The notes: generated from the sequence alone by a model not told the origin. A stretch of 64,000 nt of DNA from Eledone cirrhosa (GCA_964016885.1 OZ024741.1:396676001-396740000); one strand, 5' to 3'; positions 40,321 to 53,930 are shown, numbered from the stretch's first letter. Numbers and translations: made by a program.

Positions 40321-40786
40321 CCCTTCCATCCCCGGACTCTCTATCCCTCTCTGGAAGAAATCTGCTATATTCAAATCTGGAGAGGAGATGAGCTCTGCCA
40401 GGTTTAATAAAATGGCACCCCTGAATCCCTTTGGAGTTACAAGACGATACATACGTATATGATTTATGTATTCACTAAGACTAATAACTTCGTAACTCGG
40501 AGTTTCACCAAATGGTTACATCATATGTAAAAATTATCAATGATAGTATATAGCGACATCCTAAATATACATATGTAGTCACTTAAATGACTACTTTGGA
40601 AGTGTTAGTTTGGTGCCATTCCTAACAGATTGCGGGGGGATAATTTACTTGTCATTGAGCGGTTTCCTTTGAATCGATCTTATTGGTAGAAAATTTCGGA
40701 GCTAATCTATATATCAATAAAATGTGAAAAATTAAGATTTCTAATTTGGCAGGTGATATAGGAAGAATGCAATGAGGATGACAATT

Positions 40787-40850
40787 CCTTGTCTCTCTTT
40801 TTGAAAGTTGGGATTATCACTCCCGATTGCCATTGCAGACGAATGCGACA
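40787..40850 (-). mobile_element. Short LINE reverse-transcriptase fragment
   Basis: LQWQSGVIIPTFKKRDK resembles the W...IIPxxKKGD motif at the start of non-LTR RT domains. Confidence 0.55.
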
Positions 40851-41022
40851 TGGTGTGGTGACGGTTGGCAGGAGGACGCCTGGGTTCAATCAAGAGGTCA
40901 AAGGTACTGTCCGACCAAAGAAGGAAGCTTAGAAACCTTGACTTAGAAATAAGTCCTCTTTCTTGTACTTGAGGCAAGCAGATGTGAAAAGTTACAGCAG
41001 AGACAGTAAATCACGTACTTAA

Positions 41023-41242
41023 CCCTTTAGCATTTACGTTATTCTATATATACTATTATATTATCACGGTAAAGGTTTTACCTTCCATAATTATTACACG
41101 TAATATTGAATGAATGAGATGTTGATATTATTTATTTCGATAACAATACCTTAACATCAGTATGAGTGACCAAATATGGCTGGTTTTAACAGAAAGAGGT
41201 GAGAGAATTCTGCCGGATATGTCCGGTTTAAATGCTAAAGGG
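41023..41242. mobile_element. piggyBac-type MITE (220 bp)
   Basis: TTAA|CCCTTTAGCATTTA...TAAATGCTAAAGGG|TTAA: perfect 14-bp TIRs starting CCC, TTAA target-site duplication at 41019-41022 and 41243-41246. Confidence 0.9.
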
Positions 41243-41269
41243 TTAAGTCTAAAGTTTGTCTCAAGCCAG

Positions 41270-41368
41270 AAGGTCCGTTAGGCCAGTGCTTATCATGGTT
41301 TCGTGGCATGAAGTGACTGAGAGTACAAGACTCCTCCTTGGACAGGACGCCAGTCCATCGCAGGGTTA
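41270..41368 (-). mobile_element. SINE 3' fragment (V-SINE-like)
   Basis: Minus strand CCTGCGATGGACTGGCGTCCTGTCCAAGG resembles the V-SINE/HE1 segment (from memory); related piece at about 38860-38910. Confidence 0.55.
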
Positions 41369-41547
41369 AATCGCTTATCTACTCAAGAATATATGAGTTG
41401 ATAGTTTTTTTCTGTGGGTACCCTATAGCACCTGCAGCAGTTTACGTGGCTGGGTCAACTGATCACTAAAACTACACAGCTAAAAACCTCTTTATAATTA
41501 TTGTATACTCCACTCCTTCAATATGTATATAAAATAAATCTACTTAC

Positions 41548-41746
41548 GTTGTGAGACAAAATCTTTCCATTGGCACAGCCACACCGGTCAATAAATTGAT
41601 TGATGTCTTCACATTTAATCACTTGGTCAAAGTTCCTACATGTCTTTTGACACACGGATGTGTTTGTGATATACACTTGATTTTTCGGACATATAACAGC
41701 ATCACATGATGTTTTCTCACAATCCCATGCTCCATATTGGCATTTA
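41548..41746 (-). CDS. vWF/mucin-like protein, exon (E end and TIL')
   Basis: ttgcag|(C)KCQYGAWDCEKTSCDAVICPKNQVY...CQKTCRN...CGCANGKILSHN|gtaagt; 199 nt, phase 2 to 0. Confidence 0.93.
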
Positions 41747-42107
41747 CTGCAATGAAGAATAATATGCATATAAACCTCCACACACGCTTTCTCCTCTGCT
41801 TTTATTAGACTATCTAGGATGTAGGTATACCTCACAGATAATGGAAACAGCACCTCGAAAGTTTCTCTTAGTGACAAGCGTTCACTCAAGCTAAGAGCAA
41901 ATTTTCGTTCCTGATGCCAATGATATTGTTTAAGAGAGAGAGAGAGGTGATGGTCGATAGAATTTGGCACTAGTGTCATTACAGACGAAGTCAGAACACA
42001 TAAGACTGACAGAGATGTTCCTAGTTACCCTATCTGATTCTCTATTCCACTAACTTATCACCTTGGATGGGATCATTATTTATTGACGCACAAATTATGA
42101 AAAGCGG

Positions 42108-45100
42108 AGTGGATGTCGGTGATATTAGAACAGAGTGGATGTCGGTGATATTAGAACAGAGTGGATGTTGGTGATATTAGAACAGAGTGGATGTCGGTGA
42201 TATTAGAATAGAGTGGATGTTGGTGATATTAGAATAGAGTGGATGTTGGTGATATTAGAATAGAGTGGATGTCGGTGATATTAGAATAGAGTGGATGTCG
42301 GTGATATTAGAATAGAGTGGATGTTGGTGATATTAGAATAGAGTGGATGTTGGTGATATTAGAATAGAGTGGATGTCGGTGATATTAGAACAGAGTGGAT
42401 GTTGGTGATATTAGAATAGAGTGGATGTCGGTGATATTAGAACAGAGTGGATGTTGGTGATATTAGAATAGAGTGGATGTTGGTGATATTAGAACAGAGT
42501 GGATGTTGGTGATATTAGAACAGAGTGGATGTCGGTGATATTAGAATAGAGTGGATGTTGGTGATATTAGAATAGAGTGGATGTTGGTGATATTAGAACA
42601 GAGTGGATGTTGGTGATATTAGAACAGAGTGGATGTTGGTGATATTAGAATAGAGTGGATGTTGGTGATATTAGAATAGAGTGGATGTTGGTGATATTAG
42701 AACAGAGTGGATGTTGGTGATATTAGAATAGAGTGGATGTTGGTGATATTAGAATAGAGTGGATGTTGGTGATATTAGAACAGAGTGGATGTTGGTGATA
42801 TTAGAATAGAGTGGATGTCGGTGATATTAGAATAGAGTGGATGTCGGTGATATTAGAACAGAGTGGATGTTGGTGATATTAGAATAGAGTGGATGTCGGT
42901 GATATTAGAATAGAGTGGATGTCGGTGATATTAGAATAGAGTGCATGTTGGTGATATTAGAATAGAGTGGATGTTGGTGATATTAGAGTAGTGTGGATGT
43001 TGGTGATATTAGAATAGAGTGGATGTCGGTGATATTAGAACAGAGTGGATGTTGGTGATATTAGAACAGTGTGGATGTTGGTGATATTAGAATTGAGTGG
43101 ATGTTGGTGATATTAGAATAGAGTGGATGTCGGTGATATTAGAATAGAGTGGATGTTGGTGATATTAGAACAGAGTGGATGTTGGTGGTATTAGAATAGA
43201 GTGGATGTTGGTGATATTAGAATAGAGTGGATGTTGGTGATATTAGAATAGAGTGGATGTTGGTGGTATTAGAACAGAGCGGATGTTGGTGATATTAGAA
43301 TAGAGTGGATGTTGGTGGTATCAGAACAGAGTGGATGTTGGTGATATTAGAACAGACTGGATGTTGGTGATATTAGAACAGAGTGGATGTTGGTGATATT
43401 AGAACAGAGTGGATGTCGGTGATATTAGAATAGAGTGGATGTTGGTGATATTAAAATAGTGTGGATGTTGGTGATATTAGAATAGAGTGGATGTTGGTGA
43501 TATTAGAACAGAGTGGATGTTGGTGATATTAGAATAGAGTGGATGTTGGTGATATTAGAATTGAGTGGATGTTGGTGATATTAGAATAGAGTGGATGTCG
43601 GTGATATTAGAATAGAGTGGATGTTGGTGATATTAGAACAGAGTGGATGTTGGTGGTATTAGAATAGAGTGGATGTTGGTGATATTAGAATAGAGTGGAT
43701 GTTGGTGATATTAGAATAGAGTGGATGTTGGTGGTATTAGAACAGAGCGGATGTTGGTGATATTAGAATAGAGTGGATGTTGGTGGTATCAGAACAGAGT
43801 GGATGTTGGTGATATTAGAACAGACTGGATGTTGGTGATATTAGAACAGAGTGGATGTTGGTGATATTAGAACAGAGTGGATGTCGGTGATATTAGAATA
43901 GAGTGGATGTTGGTGATATTAAAATAGTGTGGATGATTGTTTATATGCTTCAGCATGTACCCATGGGAGGTCGGGTACCCTGTATTACTGCGTGACGCCA
44001 GAAGTCACGGTCGTGTGTCATTGACTTTGAGAGGTGTAGTTGGGTAAGGTCGGCTTTTATCACCTCATCCCAAGTCATCTTGGGTCTCCCCACTCCGCGG
44101 TTTCCATCAACTTCTAGTGCTCTGCACCTTTTTATGCAGCTGTCATCCTTCATACGCATCACATGTCCATACCAGCGTAACCGCCTCTCCTGCACGCAGC
44201 ATTTGATTCCTCTTATGCTCAGTCTCTCTCTCAATTCATTTATGCTTTGTCGTTCACGTATATTACTGTTACACATCCATCGGAGCATGCAGGCTTCGTT
44301 TCTCTCTAATCTACGTAAGTCTTCCACCTTCAGCGCCCAGGTCTCACTACCATGCAACATCGCTGTTCGGATACACGCATCATACAGTCTGCCTTTCATT
44401 CTGAGGGAGAAGCCTTTTGCAGCTAGCAGTGGTAGTAGTTCCCTAAACTTCTTCCATCCCGTTCTTACCCTAGTTATTGTACTTTCTGAGCACCCACCTC
44501 CGTTGCTAATTCGGTCACCTAGGTAGCAGAAGCTGTCTACTGTTTCTACAGGGCCCTCCCAGAGATTGGTGGTACTTGTTTCCTGTGGCTGTTTGCTTGC
44601 TGTTTCAGCACAGCTGCTGCATGTGAATCCTACATTCTTAATTAAGCTTCCTGAGATCCCGCTACATCTCTTGTGTACCCATTGTTTGCATTTGGGGCAA
44701 AGAATGGAGTTCCTACCTACACCTTTCCTACATACTGAGCAAGGCCATTTCCCTGAGGGGATCTGGGTTCTGTTTTCTCGTCTACTTATAAGGACCTTAG
44801 TCTTTGTCATGTTGACTTTGAGGCCCTTTCTCTCTAGTCCCTGCTTCCAGGTTTGGAATCCAGGATGTCGGTGATATTAGAATAGAGTGGATGTTGGTGA
44901 TATTAGAATAGAGTGGATGTTGGTGATATTAGAATAGAGTGGATGTTGGTGATATTAGAATAGAGTGGATGTCGGTGATATTAGATTAGAGTGGACGTTG
45001 GTGATATTAGAACAGAGAGGACGTTGCTGATATTAGAATAGAGTGGATGTTGGTGATATTAGAATAGAGTGGATGTTGGTGATATTAGAACAGAGTGGAT

Positions 45101-48100
45101 GTTGGTGATATTAGAATAGAGTGGATGTTGGTGATATTAGAATAGAGTGGATGTTGGTGATATTAGAACAGAGAGGATGTTGGTGATATTAGAACAGAGT
45201 GGATGTTGGTGATATTAGAATAGAGTGGATGTTGGTGATATTAGAACAGAGAGGATGTTGGTGATATTAGAACAGAGTGGATGTTGGTGATATTAGAATA
45301 GAGTGGATGTTGGTGATATTAGAACAGAGTGGATGTTGGTGATATTAGAATAGAGAGGATGTCGGTGATATTAGAACAGAGTGGATGTTGGTGATATTAG
45401 AACAGAGTGGATGTCGGTGATATTAGAACAGAGTGGATGTTGGTGATATTAGAATAGAGTGGATGTTGGTGATATTAGAATAGAGTGGATGTCGGTGATA
45501 TTAGAATAGAGAGGGTGTTGGTGATATTAGAACAGTGTGGATGTTGGTGATATTAGAATAGAGTGGATGTTGGTGATAGTAGAATAGAGTGGATGTCGGT
45601 GATATTAGAACAGAGTGGATGTTGGTGATATTAGAATAGAGTGGATGTTGGTGATATTAGAATAGAGAGGATGTTGGTGATATTAGAACAGTGTGGATGT
45701 TGGTGATATTATAACAGAGTGGATGTTGGTGATATTAGAATAGAGTGGATGTTGGTGATATTAGAATAGAGTGGATGTTGGTGATATTAGAATAGAGAGG
45801 ATGTTGGTGATATTAGAACAGTGTGGATGTTGGTGATATTAGAATAGAGTGGATGTTGGTGATATTAGAATAGAGAGGATGTTGGTGATATTAGAACAGT
45901 GTGGATGTTGGTGATATTAGAACAGTGTGGATGTTGGTGATATTAGAATAGAGTGGATGTTGGTGATATTAGAATAGAGAGGATGTTGGTGATATTAGAA
46001 CAGTGTGGATGTTGGTGATATTAGAACAGAGTGGATGTTGGTGATATTAGAATAGAGTGGATGTTGGTGATATTAGAATAGAGTGGATGTTGGTGATATT
46101 AGAATAGAGAGGATGTTGGTGATATTAGAACAGAGTGGATGTCGGTGATATTAGAACAGAGTGGATGTTGGTGATATTAGAATAGAGTGCATGTTGGTGA
46201 TATTAGAATAGAGTGGATGTTGGTGATATTAGAACAGAGTGGATGTTGGTGATATTAGAACAGAGTGGATGTCGGTGATATTAGAACAGAGTGGATGTTG
46301 GTGATATCAGAACAGAGTGGATGTTGGTGATATTAGAACAGACTGGATGTTGGTGATATTAGAACAGAGTGGATGTTGGTGATATTAGAACAGAGTGGAT
46401 GTCGGTGATATTAGAATAGAGTGGATGTTGGTGATATTAGAACAGAGTGGACGTTGGTGATATTAGAATAGAGTGGATGTCGGTGATATTAGAACAGTGT
46501 GGATGTTGGTGATATTAGAACAGAGTGGATGTTGGTGATATTAGAATAGAGTGGATGTTGGTGATATTAGAATAGAGTGGATGTTGGTGATATTAGAATA
46601 GAGTGGATGTTGGTGATATTAGAATAGAGTGGATGTTGGTGATATTAGAACAGAGAAGATGTCGGTGATATTAGAATAGAGTGGATGTTGGTGATATTAG
46701 AATAGAGTGGATGTTGGTGATATTAGAATAGAGTGGATGTTGGTGATATTAGAATAGAGTGGATGTCGGTGATATTAGAATAGAGTGGACGTTGGTGATA
46801 TTAGAACAGAGAGGACGTTGGTGATATTAGAATAGAGTGGATGTTGGTGATATTAGAATAGAGTGGATGTTGGTGATATTAGAACAGAGTGGATGTTGGT
46901 GATATTAGAATAGAGTGGATGTTGGTGATATTAGAATAGAGTGGATGTTGGTGATATTAGAACAGAGAGGATGTTGGTGATATTAGAACAGAGTGGATGT
47001 TGGTGATATTAGAATAGAGTGGATGTTGGTGATATTAGAACAGAGAGGATGTTGGTGATATTAGAACAGTGTGGATGTTGGTGATATTATAACAGAGTGG
47101 ATGTTGGTGATATTAGAATAGAGTGGATGTTGATGATATTAGAATAGAGTGGATGTTGGTGATATTAGAATAGAGAGGATGTTGGTGATATTAGAACAGT
47201 GTGGATGTTGGTGATATTAGAATAGAGTGGATGTTGGTGATATTAGAATAGAGTGGATGTTGGTGATATTAGAATAGAGTAGATGTTGGTGATATTAGAA
47301 TAGAGAGGATGTTGGTGATATTAGAACAGTGTGGATGTTGGTGATATTAGAATAGAGTGGATGTTGGTGATATTAGAACAGAGTGGATGTTGGTGATATT
47401 AGAACAGAGTGGATGTTGGTGATATTAGAACAGAGTGGATGTTGGTGATATTAGAATAGAGTGCATGTTGGTGATATTAGAATAGAGTGGATGTTGGTGA
47501 TATTAGAACAGAGTGGATGTTGGTGATATTAGAACAGAGTGGATGTCGGTGATATTAGAACAGAGTGGATGTTGGTGATATTAGAACAGAGTGGATGTTG
47601 GTGATATTAGAATAGAGTGGATGTTGGTGATATTAGAATAGAGTGGATGTTGGTGATATTAGAACAGAGTGGATGTTGGTGATATTAGAATAGAGTGGAT
47701 GTTGGTGATATTAGAATAGAGAGGATGTTGGTGATATTAGAACAGTGTGGATGTTGGTGATATTATAACAGAGTGGATGTTGGTGATATTAGAATAGAGT
47801 GGATGTTGGTGATATTAGAATAGAGTGGATGTTGGTGATATTAGAATAGAGAGGATGTTGGTGATATTAGAACAGTGTGGATGTTGGTGATATTAGAATA
47901 GAGTGGATGTTGGTGATATTAGAATAGAGAGGATGTTGGTGATATTAGAACAGTGTGGATGTTGGTGATATTAGAACAGTGTGGATGTTGGTGATATTAG
48001 AATAGAGTGGATGTTGGTGATATTAGAATAGAGAGGATGTTGGTGATATTAGAACAGTGTGGATGTTGGTGATATTAGAACAGAGTGGATGTTGGTGATA

Positions 48101-50395
48101 TTAGAATAGAGTGGATGTTGGTGATATTAGAATAGAGTGGATGTTGGTGATATTAGAATAGAGAGGATGTTGGTGATATTAGAACAGAGTGGATGTCGGT
48201 GATATTAGAACAGAGTGGATGTTGGTGATATTAGAATAGAGTGCATGTTGGTGATATTAGAATAGAGTGGATGTTGGTGATATTAGAACAGAGTGGATGT
48301 TGGTGATATTAGAACAGAGTGGATGTCGGTGATATTAGAACAGAGTGGATGTTGGTGATATCAGAACAGAGTGGATGTTGGTGATATTAGAACAGACTGG
48401 ATGTTGGTGATATTAGAACAGAGTGGATGTTGGTGATATTAGAACAGAGTGGATGTCGGTGATATTAGAATAGAGTGGATGTTGGTGATATTAGAACAGA
48501 GTGGACGTTGGTGATATTAGAATAGAGTGGATGTCGGTGATATTAGAACAGTGTGGATGTTGGTGATATTAGAACAGAGTGGATGTTGGTGATATTAGAA
48601 TAGAGTGGATGTTGGTGATATTAGAATAGAGTGGATGTTGGTGATATTAGAATAGAGTGGATGTTGGTGATATTAGAATAGAGTGGATGTTGGTGATATT
48701 AGAACAGAGAAGATGTCGGTGATATTAGAATAGAGTGGATGTTGGTGATATTAGAATAGAGTGGATGTTAGTGATATTAGAATAGAGTGGATGTTGGTGA
48801 TATTAGAATAGAGTGGATGTCGGTGATATTAGAATAGAGTGGACGTTGGTGATATTAGAACAGAGAGGACGTTGGTGATATTAGAATAGAGTGGATGTTG
48901 GTGATATTAGAATAGAGTGGATGTTGGTGATATTAGAACAGAGTGGATGTTGGTGATATTAGAATAGAGTGGATGTTGGTGATATTAGAATAGAGTGGAT
49001 GTTGGTGATATTAGAACAGAGAGGATGTTGGTGATATTAGAACAGAGTGGATGTTGGTGATATTAGAATAGAGTGGATGTTGGTGATATTAGAACAGAGA
49101 GGATGTTGGTGATATTAGAACAGTGTGGATGTTGGTGATATTATAACAGAGTGGATGTTGGTGATATTAGAATAGAGTGGATGTTGATGATATTAGAATA
49201 GAGTGGATGTTGGTGATATTAGAATAGAGAGGATGTTGGTGATATTAGAACAGTGTGGATGTTGGTGATATTAGAATAGAGTGGATGTTGGTGATATTAG
49301 AATAGAGTGGATGTTGGTGATATTAGAATAGAGTAGATGTTGGTGATATTAGAATAGAGAGGATGTTGGTGATATTAGAACAGTGTGGATGTTGGTGATA
49401 TTAGAATAGAGTGGATGTTGGTGATATTAGAACAGAGTGGATGTTGGTGATATTAGAACAGAGTGGATGTTGGTGATATTAGAACAGAGTGGATGTTGGT
49501 GATATTAGAATAGAGTGCATGTTGGTGATATTAGAATAGAGTGGATGTTGGTGATATTAGAACAGAGTGGATGTTGGTGATATTAGAACAGAGTGGATGT
49601 CGGTGATATTAGAACAGAGTGGATGTTGGTGATATTAGAACAGAGTGGATGTTGGTGATATTAGAATAGAGTGGATGTTGGTGATATTAGAATAGAGTGG
49701 ATGTTGGTGATATTAGAACAGAGTGGATGTTGGTGATATTAGAATAGAGTGGATGTTGGTGATATTAGAATAGAGTGGATGTTGGTGATATTTGAACAGA
49801 GTGGATGTTGGTGATATTAGAATAGAGTGGATGTTGGTGATATTAAAATAGTGTGGATGTTGGTGATATTAGAACAGAGTGGATGTTGGTGGTATTAGAA
49901 TAGAGTGGATGTTGGTGATATTAGAACAGAGTGGATGTTGGTGATATTAGAACAGAGTGGATGTTGGTGATATTAGAATAGAGTGGATGTTGGTGATATT
50001 AGAATAGAGTGGATGTTGGTGATATTAGAACAGAGTGGATGTTGGTGGTATTAGAATAGAGTGGATGTTGGTGATATTAGAACAGAGTGGATGTTGGTGA
50101 TATTAGAACAGAGTGGATGTTGGTGATATTAGAATAGAGTGGATGTTGGTGATATTAGAACAGAGTGGATGTTGGTGATATTAGAATAGAGTGGATGTTG
50201 GTGATATTAGAATAGAGTGGATGTTGGTGATATTAGAATAGAGTGGATGTTGGTGATATTAGAATAGAGTGGATGTTGGTGATATTAGAACAGAGTGGAC
50301 GTTGGTGATATTAGAATAGAGTGGATGTTGGTGCTATTAGAATAGAGTGGACGTTGGTGATATTAGAACAGAGAGGACGTTGGTGATATTAGAAC
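42108..50395. repeat. 26-bp satellite (about 280 copies), interrupted at 43936-44862
   Basis: Unit AGAGTGGATGT(T/C)GGTGATATTAGAA(T/C); higher-order duplications of 468 bp (18 units) and 2054 bp (79 units) read from rare variants. Confidence 0.98.
43936..44862 (-). mobile_element. 5'-truncated RTE LINE inserted in the 26-bp satellite
   Basis: Open frame of about 300 aa homologous to the C-terminus of the 32.8-36 kb RTE (FCYLGD, AMLHGSETW, RRLRWYGH, GRPKMTW); GGATG duplicated at 43931-43935 and 44863-44867. Confidence 0.95.
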
Positions 50396-50645
50396 TTAGA
50401 GTTCAGAGAACCAGCTAAAATACTGCAACCCAACACCCTAACACTCTTCTAATTCACCATACACATTTAATCATATTCCATTTCATTATGATCAATTTTC
50501 ATCAACAGGTAATAAGCCGTTATTGACTAATAAATGAGAATCAGTAGAACGGTAAGACCCCGTCTTCTCGCAGTACATGAAACATGAGTTAAGAGTATTC
50601 ATACAAGTGATTATTTCCAGCTGTAAACCAGTCCATAACAGAATA

Positions 50646-51021
50646 CATAGTGTTAAGGTTAAGGGCACAGCTCACTCGGGACTATGAAGCAGGCGATGGT
50701 GTGGTACATAGTGTTAAGGTTAAGTAGAGGGCCCCTTGCGGAGTGTAAACTAGACTCTAGTGTGGTACATGTTGTTTTTGTTAAGAAGGCAGCATCTTAG
50801 GGACTGTGTACCAGATCATAGCATGGTAGATATTGTTATGGTAAAGAAGAAGGCACCTTATGTAGTGTGAACTAGACCATAGCGTGGTACATAATGTTAC
50901 AGTTAAGAAGAGGGCATTTTCAGGAGTGTGAAACAGGCCATCGTGTGAAACATAGTGTTAAGGTTAAGAAGAGGGCCCTTAGATAATGTGAACTAGGCCA
51001 TCGTGTGATACAAAGTGTTAA
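50646..51021. repeat. Old divergent 61-bp tandem repeat (6+ copies; resumes at 52910)
   Basis: CATAGTGTTAAGGTTAAG-like starts at 50646, 50707, 50768, 50829, 50890, 50951, 51011. Confidence 0.85.
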
Positions 51022-52909
51022 TAATAATAATAATGAAATTATTGTGTACAGTTCTCAGGTGCACTACAACTCATCAATGGTGCATGTATAGTACATAGAA
51101 TAATATACAAATGTCAGGGAAATTAATAGTGTATGAGTCATCATATACATGTGTGCATGTGTATGGAGGAGGGATATTAGGTCTAGTGTTGGCGAATCTC
51201 AGGAAGCATGGAGGTTTTAAAGGATGCAGAGTCTCAACAGCTAACAACTGATGCAGGTAGTTTGTTCCATGAAGGTTTTAAAGGATGCAGAGTCTCAACA
51301 GCTAACAACTGATGCAGGTAGTTTGTTCCATGGAGGTTTTAAAGGATGCAGAGTCTCAACAGCTAACAACTGATGCAGGTAGTTTGTTCCATGGAGGTTT
51401 TAAAGGATGCAGTGTCTTGACAGCTAATAACTGATGCGGGTAGTTTGTTCCATGGAGGTTTTAAAGGATGCAGTGTCACAACAACTAACAACTGATGCAG
51501 GTAGTTTGTTCCATGGAGGTTTTAAAGGATGCAGAGTCTCAACAGCTAACAACTGATGCAGGTAGTTTGTTCCATGGAGGTTTTAAAGGATGCAGTGTCA
51601 CGACAACTAACAACTGATGCAGGTAGTTTGTTCCATGGAGGTTTTAAAGGATGCAGTGTCTCAACAGCTAACAACTGATGCAGGTAGTTTGTTCCATGGA
51701 GGTTTCAAAGGATGCAGTGTCACGACAACTAACAACTGATGCAGGTAGTTTGTTCCATGGAGGTTTTAAAGGATGCAGAGTCTCAACAGCTAACAACTGA
51801 TGCAGGTAGTTTGTTCCATGGAGGTTTTAAAGGATGCAGTGTCACGACAACTAACAACTGATGCAGGTAGTTTGTTCCATGGAGGTTTTAAAGGATGTAG
51901 TGTCTCAACAGCTAACTACTGATGCAGGTAGTTTGTTCCATGGAGGTTTTAAAGGATGCAGTGTCACGACAACTAACAACTGATGCAGGTAGTTTGTTCC
52001 ATGGAGGTTTTAAAGGATGCAGTGTCTTGACAGCTAACAACTGATGCAGGTAGTTTGTTCCATGGAGGTTTTAAAGGGTGCAGTGTCTCGACAGCTAACA
52101 ACTGATGCAGGTAGTTTGTTCCATGGAGGTTTTAAAGGATGCAGTGTCTCGACAGCTAACAACTGATGTAGGTAGTTTGTTCCATGGAGGTTTTAAAGGA
52201 TGCAGTGTCTCGACAGCTAACAACTGATGCAGGTAGTTTGTTCCATGGAGGTTTTAAAGGATGCAGTGTCTCGACAGCTAACAACTGATGCAGGTAGTTT
52301 GTTCCATGGAGGTTTTAAAGGATGCAGTGTCTCGACAGCTAACAACTGATGCAGGTAGTTTGTTCCATGGAGGTTTTAAAGGATGCAGTGCCTCGACAGC
52401 TAACAACTGATGCAGGTAGTTTGTTCCATGGAGGTTTTAAAGGATGCAGAGTCACGACAGCTAATAACTGATGCAGATAGTTTGTTCCATGGAGGTTTTA
52501 AAGGATGCAGAGTCACAACAGCTAACAACTGATGCAGGTAGTTTGTTCCATGGAGGTTTTAAAGGATGCAGTGTCTCAACAGCTAACAACTGATGCAGGT
52601 AGTTTGTTCCATGGAGGTTTTAAAGGATGCAGAGTTACGACAGCTAACAACTGATGCAGGTAGTTTGTTCCATGGAGGTTTTAAAGGATGCAGAGTCACA
52701 ACAGCTAACAACTGATGCAGGTAGTTTGTTCCATGGAGGTTTTAAAGGATGCAGAGTCACGACAGCTAACAACTGATGCAGGTAGTTTGTTCCATGCTTC
52801 AGCAACTCTGAGCGTGAAAAAATGAAAGTCATGGGACTGTGCTGTTTTCTTACTTTGTTGGCATGCCCACGTGTGTTAGACACATGGAAATCAAAAAGGT
52901 ACTCAGGGT
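51022..52909 (-). mobile_element. 5'-truncated CR1-like LINE 3' end containing an internal tandem expansion
   Basis: Minus strand encodes FDFHVSNTRGHANKVRKQH...FFTLRVAEAWNKLPASVVSC...SFK (TRGH / FF..R....WN.LP...V motif of CR1-group ORF2 ends), then a 3' UTR and (TTA)n tail; TGTTAA duplicated at 51016-51021 and 52910-52915. Confidence 0.85.
51207..52796. repeat. 26 x 61-bp minisatellite derived from the LINE ORF2 C-terminus
   Basis: Unit CATGGAGGTTTTAAAGGATGCAG(A/T)GTC...GGTAGTTTGTTC; (52793-51207)/61 = 26. Confidence 0.97.
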
Positions 52910-53662
52910 TGTTAAGGTTAAGAAGATAGCACCTACGACTGTAGGTGTGCTTTCCATAGGCAAAGAACAATAGCAGTATTATAATACAAACCGCTGACTT
53001 GCAAGCTAGGAGTGTTTGGGAGTCGAATGCTATATTAACTCAACAATTCACACACTTAAAATTAAACAAAATACTGGTAGCATTTATTTCTCTCAGCTCA
53101 TCAAACTCCAACATTCTTAACATCACACTTAAAAAAACTGAAACCATGAATAAATATTTCAACTATAACTCTCTTATTGAGTTCACTAAATTTTGTTCAC
53201 CCGAAGCTAGGCACAATTTTCTTTGTAAGTGCCAACATGGAAATCTTTATGTGGTCTTTCAAATTACTAGAAGTAGCAGTTAAACTTCTCTCAAATCCCA
53301 TCCCACTACTTAGATGTAAACAGGAGTGTTGGGATAATTCCATTCTAGGGTCCCTGTCCACAGAAGAAATAGAAACATGATGATGAGGGGGCTGTTGTTT
53401 GTAAAATTCGAAAGACATTGGAAATAATTGATATAGCTACAACACAACAAAATTGCGAGACACCACCACTCAAAAAATAACAACAACAAAAACAAACAAG
53501 GCTTGCTCACTTCCGAACCCACTTTGGGGTCTCGGAATAGGCAATCTTTGGAACATAGCCGGATCAGTTGATTTTGGCAGGACGCTGGATGGAGTGTGTT
53601 TGAGGACTATGCCCCACGACCCTCTCAGGAACATGTGGGCGGAGAATAAGATTAAGAAGACA

Positions 53663-53722
53663 GAAGAAGAAGAAGAAGAAGAAGAAGAAGAAGAAGAAGA
53701 AGAAGAAGAAGAAGAAGAAGAA
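53663..53722. repeat. (GAA)n microsatellite
   Basis: Direct reading. Confidence 0.97.
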
Positions 53723-53930
53723 AGAAAAAGAAAAGAAAACAAAGACGAAATGGTGATAACTTGCACGAATTTGATCATTGATGAAAGCATACTTAGATAT
53801 CACCACGATCATCATCACCATCATCATCGTCAATAACAAACAACACAAAACGAAAGAACCAGAAAGCCTGCTTCTATCCACCAACAAATAAAAAGAGAGA
53901 ATTGTATAAAAATTAGGAGATAAATCTTAC

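Noticed and set aside
42108-50395. CRISPR-like array
   Set aside because: Contiguous monomers with no unique spacers, no cas genes, eukaryotic context.
50646-51021. Repeat-spacer (CRISPR-like) pattern
   Set aside because: The apparent spacers are homologous to one another; it is a diverged tandem repeat.
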